From: Paragordius varius
Taxonomy: Eukaryota; Animalia; Nematomorpha
DNA: 64,000 nt
NCBI GenBank assembly: GCA_964247055.1
Contig: OZ176058.1
Location: 3,968,001-4,032,000, forward strand
Reading direction: 5' to 3'
Shown here piece after piece: positions 57,051 to 64,000 of the stretch; the stretch's first letter is position 1, and each line of letters opens with the position of its first letter. The translations under genes and the position numbers were made by a program. Below the pieces are notes generated by a model. The model saw nothing but the letters and a program-made list of their open reading frames with translations, was not told where the DNA came from and did not search any database.

Positions 57051-60000
57051 CATATATTTTCAACAAACAAATATTTTTTCCAACAATCAAAATATGTTGC
57101 CCAATAGCTTTTTAGTATTTCCAACAATCAAATAATTTTTCCAACAATCAAATTATGTTGTCTTTTAACTTACTGTTTCCAACAATCAAACATATATTTT
57201 CAACAATCAAATAATTTTTCCAACAATCAAAATATGTTGCCCAATAGCTTTTTAGTATTTCCAAAAATCAAACATATATTTTCAACAATCAAATAATTTT
57301 TCCAACAATCAAAATATGTTTTCTTTTAACTTTTTAGTGTTTCCAACAATCAAACATATATTTTCAACAATAAAATAATTTTTTTAACAATCAAAATATG
57401 TTGCCCAATAGCTTTTTAGTATTTCCAACAATCAAATAATTTTTCCAACAATCAAATTATGTTGTCTTTTAACTTATTAGTGTTTCCAACAATCAAACAT
57501 ATATTTTCAACAATCAAATAATTTTTCCAACAATCAAAATATGTTGCCCAATAGTTTTTAGTCTTTACAACAATGAAACATATATTTTCAACAATCAAAT
57601 AATATTTCCAACAATCAAAATATGTTGCCCAATAGCTTTTTAGTATTTCCAACAATCAAACATATATTTTCAACGATCCAATAATTTTTCCAACAATCAA
57701 AATATGTTTTCTTTTAACTTTTTTGTGTCCAACAATCAAACATATATTTTCAACAATCAAATAATTATTTTAACAATCAAAATATGTTGCCCAATAGCTT
57801 TATAGTATTTCCAACAATCAAATAATTTTTCCAACAATCAAAATATGTTTTCTTTTAACTTTTTAGTGTTTCCAACAATCAAACATATATTTTCAACAAT
57901 CAAACATATTTTTTCGACAATCAAATAATTTTTCAAACAATCATAATATGTTGCCTAACAGCTTTTTAATCTTTCCAACAATCAAGCATATATTTTCAAC
58001 AATCATATAATTTATTCAACAATCAAATTATGTTGTCTTTTAACTATTTATTGTTTCCAACAATCAAACATATATTTTCAACAATCAAATAATTTTAACA
58101 ATCAAAATATGTTTTCTTTTAACTTTTTAGTGTTTCCAACAATTAATCATATATTTTCAACAATCATATTTATTCAACAATCAAATTTTGTTTTCTTTTA
58201 ACTTTTTAGTGTTTCCAACAATCAATCATATATTTTTAACAATCAAATAATTTTTTTAACAATCAAAATATGTTGACCAATAGCTTTTTAGTATTTCCAA
58301 CAATCAAATAATTTTTCCAACAATTAAAATATGTTTTCTTTTAACTTTTTAGTGTTTCCAACAATCAAACATATATTTTCAACAATCAAATAATTTTTAC
58401 AACAATCAAAATATGTTGCCCAATAGTTTTTAGTGTTTCCAACAATGAAACATATATTTTCAACAATCAAATAATTTTTCAAACAATCAAATTATTGCCC
58501 AATAGCTTTTAGTGTTTCCAACAATCCTACATATATTTTCAACAATCGAATAATTTTTCAAACAATCAAAATATGTTGCCCAATAGCTTTTTAGTATTTC
58601 CAACAATCAAACATATATTTTCAACAATCAAATAATTTTTCCAACAATCAAATTATGTTGTCTTTTAACTTTTTAGTGTTTCCAACAATCAATCATATAT
58701 TTTCAACAATCAAATAATTTCTCCAACAATCAAAATATTATGCCCAATAGCTTTTTAGTGTTCCCAATTTCCAACAATCAAAATTTGATTTCTTTTAACT
58801 TTTTATCAAACATATATTTTCAACAATGAAATAATTTTTCCAACAATCAAAATATGTTGCCCAATAGCTTTTTAGTATTTCCAACAATCAAACATATATT
58901 TTCAACAATCAAATAATTTTTCCAACAATCAAAATATGTTTTTTTTAACTTTTTAGTGTTTCCAACAATCAAACATATATTTTCAACAATCAAATAATTT
59001 TTCAAACAATCAAAATATGTTGCTCAATACCTTTTAATATTTCCAACAATCAAAGATATATTTGCACAATCAAATATTTTACAACAATTAAATGTTTTTT
59101 ATTTTTTTAGTGTTTCCAACAATCAAACATATATTTTCAACAATCAAATAATTTTTCCAACAATCAAATTATGTTGTCTTTTAACTTTTTAGTGTTTCCA
59201 ACAATCAATCATACATTTTCGACAATCAAATAATTTCTCCAACAATCAAAATATGTTACCCAATAGTTTTTTAGTTTTTCCAACAATTAAATAATTTTTT
59301 CAACAATCAAATTATGTTGTCTTTTAACTTTTTAGTGTTTCCAACAATCAAACATATATTTTCAACAATCAAATAATTTTGCAACAATAAATATGTTGCC
59401 CAATAGTTTTTTAGTGTTTCCAACAATTAAATAATTTTTTCAACAATCAAATTATGTTGTCTTTTAACTTTTAATGTTTCCAACAATCAAACATATATTT
59501 TCAACAATCAAATAATTTTTCCAACAATCAATGTTGCCCAATAGCTTTTTAGTATTTCCAACAATCAAACATATATTTTCAACAATCAAATAATTTTTCC
59601 AACAATCAAAATATGTTTTCTTTTAACTTTTTAGTGTTTCCAACAATCAAACATATATTTTCAACAATAAAATAATTTTTTTAACAATCAAAATATGTTG
59701 CCCAATAGCTTTTTAGTATTTCCAACAATCAAATAATTTTTCCAACAATCAAATTATGTTGTCTTTTAACTTTTTAGTGTTTCCAACAATCAAACATATA
59801 ATTTCAACAATCAAATAATTTTTCCAACAATCAAAATATGTTTTCTTTTAACTTTTTAGTTTTTCCAACAATCAATCATATATTTTCAACAATCAAATAA
59901 TTTCTCCAACAATCAAAATATGATGTCCAATAGCTTTTTAGTGTTTCCAATTTCCAACAATCAAAATTTGATTTCTTTTGACTTTTTAGTGTTTCCAACA

Positions 60001-61369
60001 ATCAAACATATATTTTCAATAATCAAATAATTTTTCCAACAATCAAATTATGTTGTCTTTTAACTTTTTACTGTTTCCAACAATCAAACATATATTTTCA
60101 ACAATCAAATAATTTTTCCAACAATCAAAATATGTTGCCCATTAGCTTTTTGGTATTTATAAAAACAAACATATATTTTCAACAATCAAATAATTTTTCC
60201 AACAATCAAAATATGTTTTCTTTTAACTTTTTAGTGTTTCCAACAATCAAACATATATTTTCAACAATAAAATAATTTTTTTAACAATCAAAATATGTTG
60301 CCCAATAGCTTTTTAGTATTTCCAACAATCAAATAATTTTTCCAACAATCAAATTATGTTGTCTTTTAACTTATTAGTGTTTCCAACAATCAAACATATA
60401 TTTTCAACAATCAAATAATTTTTCCAACAATCAAAATATGTTGCCCAATAGCTTTTTAGTATTTCCAACAATCAAACATATATTTTCAACAATCAAATAA
60501 TTTTTCCAACAATCAAAATATGTTTTCTTTTAACTTTTTAGTGTTTCCAACAATCAAACATATATTTTCAACAATCAAATAATTTTTCCAACAATCAAAA
60601 TATGTTGCCCAATAGCTTTTTAGTATTTCCAAAAATCAAACATATATTTTCAACGATCCAATAATTTTTCCAACAATCAAAATATGTTTTCTTTTAACTT
60701 TTTAGTGTTTCCAACAATCAAACATATATTTTCAACAATCAAATAATTATTTTAACAATCAAAATATGTTGCCCAATAGCTTTTTAGTATTTCCAACAAT
60801 CAAATAATTTTTCCAACAATCAAAATATGTTTTCTTTACTTTTTAGTGTTTCCAACAATCAAACATATATTTTCAGCAATCAAATAATTTTTCCAACAAT
60901 CAAAATATGTTGCCCAATAGTTTTTTAGTGTTTCCAACAATTAAATAATTTTTTCAACAATCAAATTATGTTGCCCAATAGCTTTTTAGTATTTCCAACA
61001 ATCAAACATATATTTTCAACGATCCAATAATTTTTCCAACAATCAAAATATGTTTTCTTTTAACTTTTTAGTGTTTCCAACAATCAAACATATATTTTCA
61101 ACAATCAAATAATTATTTAAACAATCAAAATATGTTGCCCAATAGCTTTTTAGTATTTCCAACAATCAAATAATTTTTCCAACAATCAAAATATGTTTTC
61201 TTTTAACTTTTTAGTGTTTCCAACAATCAAACATATATTTTCAACAATCAAATAATTTTTACAACAATCAAAATATGTTGCCCAATAGTCTTTTAGTGTT
61301 TCCAACAATTAAATAATTTTTTCAACAATCAAATTATGTTGTCTTTTAAATTTTTAGTGTTTCCAACAA

Positions 61370-63600
61370 TGAAACATATATTTTCAACAATCAAACATAT
61401 TTTTTCGACAATCAAATAATTTTTCAAACAATCATAATATGTTGCCTAACAGCTTTTTAATCTTTCCAACAATCAAGCATATATTTTCAACAATCATATA
61501 ATTTATTCAACAATCAAATTATGTTGTCTTTTAACTATTTATTGTTTCCAACAATCAAACATATATTTTCAACAATCAAATAATTTTAACAATCAAAATA
61601 TGTTTTCTTTTAACTTTTTAGTGTTTCCAACAAGTAATCATATATTTTCAACAATCATATTTATTCAACAATCAAATTTTGTTTTCTTTTAACTTTTTAG
61701 TGTTTCCAACAATCAATCATATATTTTTAACAATCAAATAATTTTTTTAACAATCAAAATATGTTGACCAATAGCTTTTTAGTATTTCCAACAATCAAAT
61801 AATTTTTCCAACAATCAAAATATGTTTTCTTTTAACTTTTAGTGTTTCCAACAATTAAATAATTTTTCAACAATCAAATTATGTTGTCTTTTATCATTTT
61901 AGTGTTTCCAACAATCACATATATTTTCAACAAACAAATATTTTTTCCAATCAAAATATGTTGCCCAATAGCTTTTTAGTATTTCCAACAATCAAACATA
62001 TATTTTCAATAATCAAATAATTTTTCCAACAATCAAATTATGTTGTCTTTTAACTTACTGTTTCCAACAATCAAACATATATTTTCAACAATCAAATAAT
62101 TTTTCCAACAATCAAAATATGTTGCCCAATAGCTTTTTAGTATTTCCAAAAATCAAACATATATTTTCAACAATCAAATAATTTTTCCAACAATCAAAAT
62201 ATGTTTTCTTTTAACTTTTTAGTGTTTCCAACGATCAAACATATATTTTCAACAATAAAATAATTTTTTTAACAATCAAAATATGTTGCCCAATAGCTTT
62301 TTAGTATTTCCAACAATCAAATAATTTTTCCAACAATCAAATTATGTTGTCTTTTAACTTATTAGTGTTTCCAACAATCAAACATATATTTTCAACAATC
62401 AAATAATTTTTCCAACAATCAAAATATGTTGCCCAATAGCTTTTTAGTATTTCCAACAATCAAACATATATTTTCAACAATCAAACATATATTTTCAACA
62501 ATCAAATAATTTTTCCAACAATCAAAATATGTTGCCCAATAGCTTTTTAGTGTTTCCAACAATGAAACATATATTTTCAACAATCAAACATATTTTTTCG
62601 ACAATCAAATAATTTTTCAAACAATCATAATATGTTGCCTAACAGCTTTTTAATCTTTCCAACAATCAAGCATATATTTTCAACAATCATATAATTTATT
62701 CAACAATCAAATTATGTTGTCTTTTAACTATTTATTGTTTCCAACAATCAAACATATATTTTCAACAATCAAATAATTTTAACAATCAAAATATGTTTTC
62801 TTTTAACTTTTTAGTGTTTCCAACAAGTAATCATATATTTTCAACAATCATATTTATTCAACAATCAAATTTTGTTTTCTTTTAACTTTTTAGTGTTTCC
62901 AACAATCAATCATATATTTTTAACAATCAAATAATTTTTTTAACAATCAAAATATGTTGACCAATAGCTTTTTAGTATTTCCAACAATCAAATAATTTTT
63001 CCAACAATCAAAATATGTTTTCTTTTAACTTTTAGTGTTTCCAACAATTAAATAATTTTTCAACAATCAAATTATGTTGTCTTTTATCATTTTAGTGTTT
63101 CCAACAATCACATATATTTTCAACAAACAAATATTTTTTCCAACAATCAAAATATGTTGCCCAATAGCTTTTTAGTATTTCCAACAATCAAACATATATT
63201 TTCAATAATCAAATAATTTTTCCAACAATCAAATTATGTTGTATTTAAACTTTTTACTGTTTCCAACAATCAAACATATATTTTCAACAATCAAATAATT
63301 TTTCCAACAATCAAAATATGTTGCCCAATAGCTTTTTAGTATTTCCAAAAATCAAACATATATTTTCAACAATCAAATAATTTTTCCAACAATCAAAATA
63401 TGTTTTCTTTTAACTTTTTAGTGTTTCCAACAATCAAACATATATTTTCAACAATAAAATAATTTTTTTAACAATCAAAATATGTTGCCCAAGAGCTTTT
63501 TAGTATTTCCAACAATCAAATAATTTTTCCAACAATCAAATTATGTTGTCTTTTAACTTATTAGTGTTTCCAACAATCAAACATATATTTTCAACAATCA
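61370..63600 (+). repeat. Tandem duplication of a ~1193-bp unit
   Basis: ttcgac 61406/62599 and aagtaatcat 61632/62825 (offset 1193). aatcacatat and the 4-T aacttttagtg variant occur in both copies. Confidence 0.85.
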
Positions 63601-64000
63601 AATAATTTTTACAACAATCAAAATATGTTGCCCAATAGTTTTTTAGTGTTTCCAACAATTAAATAATTTTTTCAACAATCAAATTATGTTGTCTTTTAAC
63701 TTTTTAGTGTTTCCAACAATGAAACATATATTTTCAACAATCAAACATATTTTTTCGACAATCAAATAATTTATCAAACAATCATAATATGTTGCCTAAC
63801 AGCTTTTTAATCTTTCCAACAATCAAGCATATATTTTCAACAATCATATAATTTATTCAACAATCAAATTATGTTGTCTTTTAACTATTTATTGTTTCCA
63901 ACAATCAAACATATATTTTCAACAATCAAATTATGTTGTATTTAACTTTTTAGTGTTTCCAACAATCAATCATACATTTTCGACAATCAAATAATTTCTC

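Larger units (their letters stand above)
1..64000 (+). repeat. AT-rich tandem satellite array, 82-bp monomer, head-to-tail, running off both window edges
   Basis: atatgttg starts at 541 and again at 623 (period 82). Every line of the window consists of the same elements: header box, (t)agtgtttcc or variant, and CAACAATCAAA boxes separated by catatatttt and taattttt. I saw no unique sequence and no inverted copy. Confidence 0.99.
26550..64000 (+). repeat. Satellite subfamily domain 2
   Basis: Variants seen only here: ttcgacaatc; cctaacagctttttaatcttt; aagcatat; atttattcaac; aactatttattg; ttttatcatttt; aacttattag; catacattttcgac; aaaatttgatttc; ccgatttcc; aacgatc. It has frequent 61-, 62- and 103-bp monomers, and the A-type tail is tatttcc rather than tattccc. 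Confidence 0.9.

Noticed and set aside
259-57655. All listed ORFs (60-114 aa; FQQSNIYFQQSNNF, PTIKHIFSTIK and KNYLIVENICLIVGN peptides)
   Set aside because: They are translations of the satellite in alternative frames and recur identically wherever the DNA block is duplicated. They open or close with homopolymer indels, have no flanking unique sequence and resemble no protein family I recognise.
1-64000. CRISPR-like array (conserved box plus variable segment)
   Set aside because: The variable segments are a few recurring alleles of one sequence, not unique spacers. There is no leader and no cas gene, and the array length and nested duplications fit eukaryotic satellite.
1-64000. Telomerase-type simple telomeric repeat
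   Set aside because: The unit is an 82-bp complex monomer with inherited higher-order variants and has no GGG/GG-run short-period structure of the kind templated synthesis gives.
1-64000. A symbolic code or cassette system in the order of A/B/C headers (e.g. VSG- or DGR-like variation)
   Set aside because: The order is explained by copied blocks sharing neutral-looking private variants. There is no expression site, recombinase, reverse transcriptase or reading frame.
1-64000. tRNA, rRNA, structured ncRNA or intrinsic terminators from T-runs
   Set aside because: G content is too low for stable stems. Only 4-6 bp AT-rich dyads are present, and there are no recognisable RNA gene motifs.
1-64000. 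MITE, Helitron or LTR-derived element boundaries
   Set aside because: I saw no terminal inverted repeats, target-site duplications or non-satellite sequence. An origin from a transposon-internal repeat cannot be tested in this window.
1-64000. Assignment to a named satellite family or species; CENP-B box
   Set aside because: I do not recognise the monomer with confidence, and the consensus lacks the CpG-containing 17-bp CENP-B motif. A BLAST, Dfam or Repbase search of the consensus is needed.

Overview
The whole 64 kb window is one uninterrupted, head-to-tail, single-orientation tandem satellite array. I see no gene, RNA gene, transposon or CRISPR array, and every supplied ORF is a chance read-through of the repeat. 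The basic monomer is 82 bp, e.g. 541-622: atatgttgcccaatagctttttagtgtttccaacaatcaaacatatattttcaacaatcaaataatttttccaacaatcaaa. Hand-counted consensus monomers are about 21-26% GC, with C far exceeding G on the + strand, and there are roughly 800 monomers (estimate from length). The monomer is nested: ~20-21 bp subunits carrying a CAACAATCAAA box form two 41-bp halves, which form the 82-bp monomer. Monomers differ mainly in a 13-bp header: type A gttgcccaatagc, type B gttttcttttaac, type C gttgtcttttaac. Above the monomer are irregular higher-order repeats with offsets from about 0.2 to 28 kb. The array splits into two subfamily domains (about 1-25.8 kb and about 26.5-64 kb) with nearly non-overlapping diagnostic variants, joined by a short transition zone. 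It looks like eukaryotic heterochromatic, centromeric or subtelomeric satellite, but I cannot name the species or family from sequence alone. I found no evidence for a new protein- or RNA-based system. The items of interest are architectural, plus speculative DNA-shape and HMG-box binding properties. Coordinates and offsets were counted by hand and may be off by a few bp; block edges are approximate.
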